Assembly (NCBI GenBank): GCA_027365445.1
Contig: DAHXNJ010000049.1
Span: 1-39,966 of the forward strand
DNA length: 39,966 nucleotides
From: Candidatus Saccharimonadota bacterium
GTDB taxonomy: Bacteria > Patescibacteriota > Saccharimonadia > Saccharimonadales > UBA4665
Direction: 5' to 3'
Shown: positions 9,056 through 18,357 of the stretch, one piece after another
Layout of the letters: each line of letters opens with the position of its first letter
Numbering within the stretch: the stretch's first letter is position 1
Made by a program: the position numbers and the translations under genes
Notes under the pieces: model-generated
Databases searched by the model: none
What the model was told of the DNA's origin: nothing
What the model saw: only the letters and a program-made list of their open reading frames with translations

Positions 9056-11185
9056 ATGTCTAACCAATTCTTTTTACTAAAACGTCGGATCAAACAAATT
9101 GTCTATCTAATGATGTCACTAGTTTTACTAGGCGGCTTGCCTTTTCCAGCTTACGCACTTGCTGCTACGACCAGCACAGCTATATCGAACAATAGTAGTT
9201 GTCCGCTAGCAACCGGTACAACTAAGCCTACCGGAGCATCAGCAGTAACTTATATTTATAATCCAAAAACATGTTTATGGTCTAATGCTTATTATACTTG
9301 GAATCCAGTAAACGGAGTATATACACCACTAACTCCACTTACTTATACATATAATCAATCAACTGGACTATGGGATTCAACTCAGTGGGTGTATGATCCT
9401 GTAACCAATAAATACGAACAGCAGCCCTTTAGTGTTAGTCAGGTCCCGACCGGAGCTAAAACAATTGGTGGTCCTGCATTAACCTCTTCTTCTAGTAATA
9501 CGTTAAATAATCAAAATTCTGCTTCAAATCAGAATAATTCATCATCGTCATCTAGTTCTAGCGCGAGCAATGGTTCTAATAATGTTACTACGGCCAATAC
9601 TAATAATATAAATCTTAACAATAACAATAATGCTAATGTTAATAATACCCAAAATCAAACAACTAACAGTGGTAATAGTTCAGTATTCGGGAATACCTCT
9701 GCCGGGAATGCTACGAGTGGTAATGCAACATCATTGGCTACGGTCGTAAACAGTATTGCGTCAAACTCACCTTTAGCTAATGCTACCCAATTTACGGCTA
9801 ATATTGACGGTAACGTAAACGGTAATTTAACATTTAATCCGACTCAATTATTTCAACCTGCCAATAGTTCGATCTTAAATTCTAATCAGAATAACGTTAC
9901 TATTAATCAGGCTAATAATAGTTCTATAACTAATAATATTAATCTTGCTACTAATACCGGTAATGCAACAGTCGCAGATAATAATAATGCAGGCAGCGCA
10001 ACCAGCGGCAATGCTAATTCAGTAGCCAATGTAGTTAATATGATTAATTCTATGATAAGTTCTAGAAAATCATTTATTGGAGTAATAAACATCCTAGGTG
10101 ATTTGAATGGGAATATCTTGGTGCCTCAACAATTCTTAAGTGGTTTAATTGCCTCCAACGCGCCTCGATCAACCTACGCCGTAAATAACAATACACTAAA
10201 CAAAGATAGCTTTACGTCTAATCAAAATCAGACTATAAATAATAATATTAGTACCTCTGCGGCATCCGGTAGCGCTATTGTTAATAAGAATACGACGGCT
10301 GGTAATGCAACCAGTGGTAACGCCTCAACTAACGTTACTATATTTAACTTAGCTGGAGATAATGTATCTACTTCTAACTCTATGCTTGTGTTCGTTAATG
10401 TACTAGGAACATGGGTGGGTATGATTCTAAACGCTCCAGCCGGTACTACGTCGGCATTGCTTGGAGGAGGAACTCAATCAACGGGCAGTATAAATAATAA
10501 TCAAGTGAATAATGTTAAAGTTGCTAATACTTCTAATCAGACAATAAATAATAATATTGGTCTTAAATCAAAAAGCGGCAACGCCTTGGTAAGTGAAAAT
10601 ACTAATGCTGGAAATGCCACGAGCGGCAACGCTACGGCATCAGCTAATATCGCTAATCTTGAAAACGATAACTTGAATATGTCTAATTGGTTTGGAATAT
10701 TGTTTATTAACGTATTTGGAAAGTGGATAGGAAGCTTAGGATTATATAATCCGTTAGCCTTAAGTACTAACCAAAGTAGTAATACTACAACTGGTGCAAA
10801 CACAAAGATAGCTACAAATGTACATAATCTCCCTGCTTTTAGTGTCACGAATGCCAATGATAGTATTGCTTTTAGTAAAATTAAGCTTCCAATACTTAGT
10901 GGCAGTAGTTCTTTGTCTGGTGGAATCGGTAGTAATGTGACTAACAGTAGTAATAACTCAGTTAATAATACTAAAAAACCTAATTCAAGTAAGGCACCGA
11001 AGTATAGTTTAACTAGTATTAAGAAGCCTATTAATAAGACTGGTAACAACTATAAGTTAAAAGCTTTACCTAAGAATTCGTCAACAACTGAGATATTCGC
11101 TATTGGAGCTGTAGGTATTGGAATGGCTTTATTTGGAGTTGACTATATTATCCGTCATAAAGCACTTTCTACGACAAATAGATAG
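9056..11185 (+). CDS. Large surface protein: signal peptide, aromatic beta-hairpin domain, four Asn-rich repeats related to the 75-aa unit, C-terminal TM anchor
   Basis: SD GAGGAG; signal ending AYALA; four [ST]G[NS]xxVxxNxxAG[NS]ATSGNA cores starting at 9668, 9956, 10265 and 10574; C-terminal LPKNS, hydrophobic stretch and RHK. Confidence 0.8.
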   Translation: MSNQFFLLKRRIKQIVYLMMSLVLLGGLPFPAYALAATTSTAISNNSSCPLATGTTKPTGASAVTYIYNPKTCLWSNAYYTWNPVNGVYTPLTPLTYTYNQSTGLWDSTQWVYDPVTNKYEQQPFSVSQVPTGAKTIGGPALTSSSSNTLNNQNSASNQNNSSSSSSSSASNGSNNVTTANTNNINLNNNNNANVNNTQNQTTNSGNSSVFGNTSAGNATSGNATSLATVVNSIASNSPLANATQFTANIDGNVNGNLTFNPTQLFQPANSSILNSNQNNVTINQANNSSITNNINLATNTGNATVADNNNAGSATSGNANSVANVVNMINSMISSRKSFIGVINILGDLNGNILVPQQFLSGLIASNAPRSTYAVNNNTLNKDSFTSNQNQTINNNISTSAASGSAIVNKNTTAGNATSGNASTNVTIFNLAGDNVSTSNSMLVFVNVLGTWVGMILNAPAGTTSALLGGGTQSTGSINNNQVNNVKVANTSNQTINNNIGLKSKSGNALVSENTNAGNATSGNATASANIANLENDNLNMSNWFGILFINVFGKWIGSLGLYNPLALSTNQSSNTTTGANTKIATNVHNLPAFSVTNANDSIAFSKIKLPILSGSSSLSGGIGSNVTNSSNNSVNNTKKPNSSKAPKYSLTSIKKPINKTGNNYKLKALPKNSSTTEIFAIGAVGIGMALFGVDYIIRHKALSTTNR

Positions 11186-11244
11186 AGTTATAGCTTAAAA
11201 AAATAATTGTTTATTTTTTAGCGCTTTAGGATACAATTAACATT

Positions 11245-11691
11245 ATGGATAACTTCGGTAAATCACAAAAAATAGTTATAGTTGAAGATAATGTTAGCTT
11301 AGCAGATATATATAAAACAAGATTAGAGTTATTGGGCTATAGTTGTTTTGTAGCCTATGATGGTGTGGCTGCGTTGAATATTATAGAACATGAATTGCCC
11401 AATTTGGTATTACTGGATCTAATGGTTCCTAAAATTGCTGGTGACCAAATATTAGAGACGATGAGAAAAAGTGTCTGGGGTAGGGATATACCGGTATTTA
11501 TCATATCTAACCTCAATGAGGCTGATGCGCCTACGGGTTTAAGGGAGATGGGTATTGAAGGTTATGCTGTTAAGGCCAATCTTTCTAACAATCAATTAGA
11601 TGAACTAGTCGATAATATTCTAAAACCAGCGGACCAGCAAGAGGACGTATTATTAGAAACTAATGAAAATGACCAAACTACAATTGCTTAA
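11245..11691 (+). CDS. Single-domain response regulator (receiver only)
   Basis: IVEDN, LLDLMVP (phospho-Asp), IISN, YAVK motifs; no output domain. Confidence 0.92.
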   Translation: MDNFGKSQKIVIVEDNVSLADIYKTRLELLGYSCFVAYDGVAALNIIEHELPNLVLLDLMVPKIAGDQILETMRKSVWGRDIPVFIISNLNEADAPTGLREMGIEGYAVKANLSNNQLDELVDNILKPADQQEDVLLETNENDQTTIA

Positions 11692-13886
11692 GTAGCTTTT
11701 AGGATTAATAAAGATTTTCCTTCATAAGCTGACAAAGAAATAGAAAAGGTATTTAGGTCATCGACGTTACCAATAACTTGATCTTCAAACATGTCATAAA
11801 TTTCTGCACCAGCAATGAGGTATTCTGAGTTAACGCTTCCAGATATCTCATCGCCCGAAAAGTTAAGGACACTTAATTGGATCATATCGTTTTCTGGTAA
11901 AACATGGACCATGACTAGCATTGATTTATGAGAAACGTTAGGAATATCTACTTGACGAGCAATATCTATCGAATATTTTTTCCTAATAGCTATTATTTTT
12001 CTTAAATTTACCGCAAAAGATCCTTCATCTTTTAGCTGCTCATTTAATGATCCGTATAAAGCTGATGCTATAGGCATACCAGCAGTACTGGATTTTGCAT
12101 TATGATTGATGCCCATTAGGTCATAGCCGCCTCTATTGATCCATCTAGTATCACCGTCTTTTATAAGTTCTTTGATTTTCTCTTTGTCAATAGTTAGGGC
12201 TCCTACTAAGTCCCAACCGGAAAGAGCAAAAACACCTGGTTGTAAAGCATTAAACATGGCCATAAGTAGGTGTACATGCTTAATTTTTTCTAAATTGTTG
12301 CTATTTATGTTAGATAAATCTGTTATACCCAAGACGGCACATATAAGAGAAGCCGAGGTGCAGGCTATTCCATTTGTGGTAAATAATAGGTTATAGGGAG
12401 CAGCCTCGCCACATAAGCAATTAGCTATTTCTTGTCGAATGATCTTTCTAAGCTCAAGTCCACTGATTTGCGTATCACGAAAATCAAATAGATCATCTTT
12501 ATGTAGTGTCCAGAGGTGAACCAATTCATATGTTAAGTCGTCATGGTTTTGTAGGGCGTGAACTAAAGATGCTGGATCGACGCCTAGTTCAAGTCCAATC
12601 CGCATCATTAATCTTAAAAATTCGGTGTCGGATTTTATCAGTGCATGATGATAGGCTGGCCTAGTAATGAAGTCATAAGATAAATCGGCCCCAGCATGAG
12701 ACATGTTGACTATATCATCAATTGCTAAGTTAAGTTCCTGGAAAGTAAAACCACCAACTTTCCTGACCATGCCGGAAATTAGTAAGTTAGCCGCTTCACT
12801 TAATGGGTGTCCTTCAGACCATGCCGGCTGGTCTTCACTGGATTTTTCTACTCCTAGGAAGCCATTTGCATCAAGTCTCAGAGCACTTGAACCTAGATCG
12901 CCAAGTGAGTGCAGGGCATCACCGACAACAAGTTTCATGCCGGCAAAGCTTGGATCAAGCCAGTTTATTGATGGTTGACCATCCTTAAAGTAGTGAAGGT
13001 AGACCCACCGTCTAGCAATTCCATCCACACCTTTAATTTCTTTAGTTACGCTCCAGTTAGTTTCTTTAACGCCAGGTTCAAAGAAGATTACGCGTTGTAG
13101 CTTGCCGATTATATAACCGAGATGTTTTAATTCTTCTTCAGTCTCTATCGATAAATTAATTGAGTCTTTGCTTTTTGGAACTGCTGGTAATACTTTCCAG
13201 TGCTCAGGCAATATTTCTACCATATGATAAATTCCGGGATAATCCTTATAGCCCATTTCAGCCAATATAAAATCAAAGCCCTTACCTGTGTGGCCAGGAA
13301 TAATATCGTCAATTATTATGCCACCGTTTGCTTTCGCGGTATTGCTCATATTAATGTATTCGCTTTCGCTACCAAATATAGGATCGATTCGGTTACTTAT
13401 CCTATCAAAGTGGCCATCAATGCTTGGTGTTTGTTTCCAGCCACTTATACCGCCAGCTAATTTTAGTGGCCCAGTATGTAGAGCATCAATGCCAATAGTA
13501 TGAAAAGCAGCCCATAGCTCATCACTGCCTAATGTTTTTAATATTGATTCATTGTCTTTAGTTACTAATGACAGACCATAAGACGTATACCAAACTGAGG
13601 CCATTTTAACAGCCATTCTTGGTCTAGGCTTGGCAAATGGACGTTGCCACATGCTTCCTTTAGCTGAATATTTTGTAGCTATCTTATTGGCTTGATAGAG
13701 CATTGATTCTCGTTTTAACCATCCTACATATGATTTATTTTTAGCCGAAGCAGGACCAAGTCGGCGGATGTTAATTGGAGCAATAACAAAACCTCGTGCT
13801 TTAAGCCATAATTTTTTAGGACGCGCAGGGAAAAACTGCTCGGAAAAACTAAGCTTACCTGAACTATGAAAAAGTCTGCGTGCCAT
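11688..13886 (-). CDS. treS: Trehalose synthase / maltose alpha-D-glucosyltransferase, Pseudomonas stutzeri type (GH13)
   Basis: [67 protein letters not shown]. Confidence 0.9.
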   Translation of the reverse strand: MARRLFHSSGKLSFSEQFFPARPKKLWLKARGFVIAPINIRRLGPASAKNKSYVGWLKRESMLYQANKIATKYSAKGSMWQRPFAKPRPRMAVKMASVWYTSYGLSLVTKDNESILKTLGSDELWAAFHTIGIDALHTGPLKLAGGISGWKQTPSIDGHFDRISNRIDPIFGSESEYINMSNTAKANGGIIIDDIIPGHTGKGFDFILAEMGYKDYPGIYHMVEILPEHWKVLPAVPKSKDSINLSIETEEELKHLGYIIGKLQRVIFFEPGVKETNWSVTKEIKGVDGIARRWVYLHYFKDGQPSINWLDPSFAGMKLVVGDALHSLGDLGSSALRLDANGFLGVEKSSEDQPAWSEGHPLSEAANLLISGMVRKVGGFTFQELNLAIDDIVNMSHAGADLSYDFITRPAYHHALIKSDTEFLRLMMRIGLELGVDPASLVHALQNHDDLTYELVHLWTLHKDDLFDFRDTQISGLELRKIIRQEIANCLCGEAAPYNLLFTTNGIACTSASLICAVLGITDLSNINSNNLEKIKHVHLLMAMFNALQPGVFALSGWDLVGALTIDKEKIKELIKDGDTRWINRGGYDLMGINHNAKSSTAGMPIASALYGSLNEQLKDEGSFAVNLRKIIAIRKKYSIDIARQVDIPNVSHKSMLVMVHVLPENDMIQLSVLNFSGDEISGSVNSEYLIAGAEIYDMFEDQVIGNVDDLNTFSISLSAYEGKSLLILKAT

Positions 13887-14110
13887 ATGATTAATGTAAC
13901 CGTATTTTTCTTATTAATAAACTATAAAAATCGCTTGAAAAAATAATTTTTTTAGTTAACTGCTATAGTTTCCAATATTAGTTATATATAATTAAAACTC
14001 TTTTTCTTTATAATAGCCTGAGTAAGAGGCGTAAGCTAATTGATTTTAGCATTGGTATAAAGTCAGATAATGTCCTATGCTAAGTATAATTAAATAAAGA
14101 AAGTTAGTAC

Positions 14111-14665
14111 TTGGAAGAATTATTTATACCAATAATAATAGGAACAACTAGAAAACAGCGTAAAAGTCATTATGCTGCACAGTTACTTAATGAGGTCGCT
14201 GGCGAGTACAGTTTTATAAAAACACAAATAATTGATCCGAACGACTTTATTTTCTTAGGTGACGGAAACGATCAAGAAGGCAAAGATTCAAGATATTCAG
14301 ACATAACAAAAAAAGCTGATGGATTTTTTATTGTTGTACCGGAGTATAACCATAGTTTCCCAGGTAGTTTAAAGAGGATGCTAGATAGTGAATTAGAAAA
14401 TTACAATCATAAAGCAGTGGCTTTTGCTGGTACATCATCGGGCAGCTGGGGAGGGGTTAGAGCAATAGAGTCATTGGTTAGTGCGGTAAGAGAAATGGGC
14501 CTTGTTGCTACTTATACTGATATGCACTTTCCTCGTATCCAGTCTTTATTTGACGATAATGGAACTTTAATTGATCAAAAGTATCGAGAAAATGCTAAAA
14601 AAGCATGGAATGAGTTAATTTGGATGACTAGAGTATTAAAGGTGGGTAGAGAGAAAAGTGAATAA
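14111..14665 (+). CDS. NADPH-dependent FMN reductase family flavoprotein
   Basis: IIGTTR..RKS, VPEYNHSFPGSLKRMLD, WGGVRA; TTG start. Confidence 0.92.
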   Translation: MEELFIPIIIGTTRKQRKSHYAAQLLNEVAGEYSFIKTQIIDPNDFIFLGDGNDQEGKDSRYSDITKKADGFFIVVPEYNHSFPGSLKRMLDSELENYNHKAVAFAGTSSGSWGGVRAIESLVSAVREMGLVATYTDMHFPRIQSLFDDNGTLIDQKYRENAKKAWNELIWMTRVLKVGREKSE

Positions 14666-14675
14666 CTCGGTATCT

Positions 14676-16109
14676 TTATTGGCAGACTAATTTATCTAAT
14701 TCAATTCTTTTATTCTCACCATCGATTTGTAGGGTTAGATAATCCCAATTACAACCAATGAGTTGTTTAGCATTATGTTTACTTAGTTGAACTCTTTGCG
14801 CTGCTCTTGTTTTTTCAGGGGGTGTTATGGTAGCTTGTTTTATTTGTTTGGGTGAGTGTAGTGCAGTTTTATTGCCCATCTTATAACCATATCCATGGGT
14901 AATGGTAATATCTCCTTTAGCAGTAGCATCAAATCTAATTTGATCATAAAGCATATCTATTAATTTAGTTCTTGCATCTCCTAGTTTGAGAGTAGGATTA
15001 TCTTCCATCTTTTTTTGTAGGGCATATAATTTAACTGCCCAGTCGACTCGCCCCATAAGGTCTTCTAGCTTTTTATTGCCATTCATTACAGCTTCTACGT
15101 CATCGCAATATTTTAAGATTGATTGTCCAATCTGCTTGTAAGTATCTGGTATTGCTTGATTCATATAATCTTCTAATTCTTCTAATATGGTTGAAATATA
15201 AAATCGTTGTAAGTCAATATTTCCTTGCAGGGCTGATGAATAGTGAAAATTATTGTCTTTATCTATTGGAATCATATTCCACGAGTTATCATACTGTAGC
15301 CATTCGAAAATACGATAAGGAGCTTTGGCTAATTTATTAGCTAGGGGTGTTTGACTAGCTGCTAATATTAATGCAGCGCCTCCAAGTCTAGAGATTACCG
15401 ACCAGTCTTGTAGATTAATGTCATTACAGCGTATCTCAAACCTATTTCCATGACTGTGATCTATCCTTAATAGTGAATTTACATAATCGTATACATCATA
15501 GGAGTGTGGTTGACTGAGTTTTTGAGAAAACAGTGCCCCACTTTCATCAACCATCATTGAACCGTTAATAAAATTACGTGAATAAAGATAGTTTATCCAA
15601 AGTAACCCGAGGCCTTTTGTTCTATTGGAAAGTTTGTTTTTAAGTTCTGTTGAATTCTGGAAGGATAAGTTATCATGATGTCCTATAGTAGAGCCGGACT
15701 GGTCTATTACTCTTCTTTGGACTATAACCGTGATGTCTTCATGTTTTAACCTACTAATATCATATAGGTAATTACTTATTGCTCGTTCATAAAGCAAAGC
15801 ATTGGCCTTTATGTATTTGACGTCATCTTCTGGACTATCTGTCTCTGGTGTGGCTAGTTCGATCCCGCCTTGATCTACATAAGACCGACTACCATTCTCT
15901 AAGAAAAGATCGTAACTGCTACTGCTTTCTTCTTCTATTAATGGTCTACAAATTTTACTTAGATATTTGTTTATCTTAATTGCCTCTAATCTTGAGTTGT
16001 TGGATTTTGTAGAAATCGTTGGTCTAAGACTATTATTCTTATAACTAAAGAATCTAGTTTCTTCTTCTGTCCCCATGATTTGAGGAAAGTATTTATTATG
16101 CATCTCCAT
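14676..16109 (-). CDS. PafA/Dop (Pup ligase/deamidase) family protein, divergent
   Basis: IMGTEEE; FLENGSRSYVD; ELATPE; GHHDN; DWAVK; DMLYDQI; PPEKTRA..R; NWD all correspond in order to PafA motifs. Confidence 0.8.
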   Translation of the reverse strand: MEMHNKYFPQIMGTEEETRFFSYKNNSLRPTISTKSNNSRLEAIKINKYLSKICRPLIEEESSSSYDLFLENGSRSYVDQGGIELATPETDSPEDDVKYIKANALLYERAISNYLYDISRLKHEDITVIVQRRVIDQSGSTIGHHDNLSFQNSTELKNKLSNRTKGLGLLWINYLYSRNFINGSMMVDESGALFSQKLSQPHSYDVYDYVNSLLRIDHSHGNRFEIRCNDINLQDWSVISRLGGAALILAASQTPLANKLAKAPYRIFEWLQYDNSWNMIPIDKDNNFHYSSALQGNIDLQRFYISTILEELEDYMNQAIPDTYKQIGQSILKYCDDVEAVMNGNKKLEDLMGRVDWAVKLYALQKKMEDNPTLKLGDARTKLIDMLYDQIRFDATAKGDITITHGYGYKMGNKTALHSPKQIKQATITPPEKTRAAQRVQLSKHNAKQLIGCNWDYLTLQIDGENKRIELDKLVCQ

Positions 16110-16186
16110 CTTGTTTCATAGTATACAGACATTTTTTTGCCAATAAAAAAAATATATCTAGATATTGTAGTGGTATAATCATGCTT

Positions 16187-17989
16187 ATGTTTGCAGATAG
16201 ATTGGCTGTTCTTGTAAATCTTAACCAACCAGGTCACTTTCTTCATTGGTCTTTCTTTACCATATCGGTTGCTAACTTGGTAATCATAGCTGTCATGGTA
16301 GTTATTTTTGGATTAGCATTGCTATTGCCTTTCCCTAAGGGTCGTAAAGAAGAAAATGAAATACAGGACGATCGACCAATTCAAGAGGATGTAAACTTAA
16401 GGACATCGGCACTAGTAGCCTCTCCTGAAAGTAAGATGTGGACAGCTCGAGTAAGAAATTTTGGACTTCGAATTTTACCACCAGGTAAGCTACTTCCTGA
16501 TAGACAACCAGCTTATGTGTCATCTTGGATTTATGTCTTTGGTGTTGCCACACTAGCTGCTCTAGGAATGGTCGTTGCATCAGGTATGGCTCTTGCCATT
16601 GGTGGACCAGATTGGTGGCATACTAACCCAATTGGTCATTTCTTTAATAGTATGCATTTGTGGGGTGTAGAGCTGTTTATGGCTTTTATGGTCATCCATC
16701 TATGGGGTAAATTCTGGATGGCTGCATGGAGAGGCAAACGTTCACTAACATGGATTACTGGTGTCATTGCGTTTGTCACCTCAATCTTGGAATGCTTTAC
16801 GGGTTATTTATCTCAACAAAACTTTGACTCTCAATGGATAGCTACAAACGGCAAGGACGCAATCAATGCTACGGGTATGGGTAGTTTTTTTAATCTAATG
16901 AACTTTGGCCAAATGTTAATGTGGCATATTGTGCTTATTCCTATTGTTCTAGTGGCGATCATAGGGGCACATGTATTATTGGTTCGAGTTAAGGGAGTTG
17001 TTCATCCAATTCAAAGCAAGTCGCATAGTAGAGCTGAGCGTAAAGCAATAAGAGCAGCAGAAGCCAAAGCCTGGCGTGGCGCAACTCGTCGTTATGACAT
17101 CTTAAAAGAAGCAAGCATAGCTTCGCTAGTAGTGTTTTTGTTAGTTATTGGCTTAGCAACATTACTATCTTCACCTGATAAGCCACCGGTTACTGTTGCT
17201 AGTTGGGCTAAAGTAGCTCCAGCTAATTTTATGGCTACGGCTGCCAGTGAATTAGCGGGGACAAGCGAAACAGCCACTTATGGGCCACCGTATGACCATT
17301 TACCCAAGCAAGGGTCAGATGATGCTCAGAAAATTGGCATTAGTTGGCAACTGTTAGCTGGTGTAACACAACCTATAAATACTGGTCAAACTTTTGTGCT
17401 ATCACCTTTGTCCAAGATAGCTCCAACGAACAAAAAGCTATCTATGGCTCTAGACAAATATGAAGCTGCTAGCACAACCCAACGACAATCCTGGAACAGG
17501 GCATATGCTAAAGCGGTGACTAAGGTTCGTTTCGTTTCTGGTGTGCCCAAACTACCAAAGACTAAAGCTGGACCAATACCCACTCTTATAACAACCGAGT
17601 TAACGCTTGCGAGATCAGGAGCAATAGATGCTGATTTACTAGCGCAGCAGCCATTTTATGGCACCAATTACACGAAACCTTTATTATTTATTGAGGATGG
17701 TAATTACTTTTCGTCAATAGCCAAAAAGGACCATTTATATGGAACTCAATGGGGTGTAATGAACGAGACTGGGAGTTATCCAGGTCAACCATGGCTATGG
17801 CTTTATACCTTGTGGTATCAGGTACCTGGCTTTAGCACATCAATGAATGTAGACTTAATTGCCGTATATTTAACAGGACTGGCTACATTAATTTTATTAT
17901 TAATACCGTTTATACCAGGTATTAGGGATATACCCAAGATCGTACCAATTTATCGTTTAATATGGAAAAGGTGGTATAAAAGTAAATAG
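16187..17989 (+). CDS. Cytochrome b/b6-like membrane protein with N-terminal TM extension and large extracytoplasmic C-terminal domain
   Basis: Four heme-ligand His in two pairs (NSMHLW/VIHLW; MWHIV/GAHVL), WITGV, FTGYL, PWLWLY. Start placed at ATG 16187, 7 nt after TGGTATAAT (ORF track start is 16181). Confidence 0.85.
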   Translation: MFADRLAVLVNLNQPGHFLHWSFFTISVANLVIIAVMVVIFGLALLLPFPKGRKEENEIQDDRPIQEDVNLRTSALVASPESKMWTARVRNFGLRILPPGKLLPDRQPAYVSSWIYVFGVATLAALGMVVASGMALAIGGPDWWHTNPIGHFFNSMHLWGVELFMAFMVIHLWGKFWMAAWRGKRSLTWITGVIAFVTSILECFTGYLSQQNFDSQWIATNGKDAINATGMGSFFNLMNFGQMLMWHIVLIPIVLVAIIGAHVLLVRVKGVVHPIQSKSHSRAERKAIRAAEAKAWRGATRRYDILKEASIASLVVFLLVIGLATLLSSPDKPPVTVASWAKVAPANFMATAASELAGTSETATYGPPYDHLPKQGSDDAQKIGISWQLLAGVTQPINTGQTFVLSPLSKIAPTNKKLSMALDKYEAASTTQRQSWNRAYAKAVTKVRFVSGVPKLPKTKAGPIPTLITTELTLARSGAIDADLLAQQPFYGTNYTKPLLFIEDGNYFSSIAKKDHLYGTQWGVMNETGSYPGQPWLWLYTLWYQVPGFSTSMNVDLIAVYLTGLATLILLLIPFIPGIRDIPKIVPIYRLIWKRWYKSK

Positions 17990-18055
17990 TATATTTTTTA
18001 AGCTAATCTAAAGCATAAAAATGAGAGAGTATAATTAGAAATATACATAAACAAT

Positions 18056-18328
18056 ATGAGAGGGGCTACCATAATGGAGCAGGATAAAGGGGATCGCAGC
18101 GCTGACGGAGAAAGGTATCTTAATATGTTAGGCTTAGGTGAATATGCCAATAGGCAAATACCGGGTCGAACAGAATTAGGTAAGGACTTCTTGTCTATAT
18201 GTGGCGATCAGGCAGAGCAATCGCTTAAAGGTTTTGAGAGCATGAGTACTGAACATCCCAAATATAAACTAGCCAGGGATATGCTTAGAGGAAAATTAAT
18301 TACTTATTGGGATAAAGAAATAGAATAA
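18056..18328 (+). CDS. Hypothetical protein (90 aa; start may be the second Met, which follows GAGGGG)
   Basis: ORF co-oriented with neighbours; no family recognised. Confidence 0.6.
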   Translation: MRGATIMEQDKGDRSADGERYLNMLGLGEYANRQIPGRTELGKDFLSICGDQAEQSLKGFESMSTEHPKYKLARDMLRGKLITYWDKEIE

Positions 18329-18357
18329 AAAATAAATAGGGTGGAAACTCGAAAATA

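Noticed and set aside
6770..11049. Antisense ORFs 6770..7045, 7315..7551, 7963..8172, 9907..10092, 10537..11049
   Set aside because: Leu/Val-rich mirror translations of Asn/Ser/Thr codons on the real strand; no independent start signals
18056..18328. Candidate Pup/UBact modifier for the PafA-like enzyme
   Set aside because: Ends WDKEIE, not GGE/GGQ or GE/GQ; looks folded; opposite strand and separated by another gene
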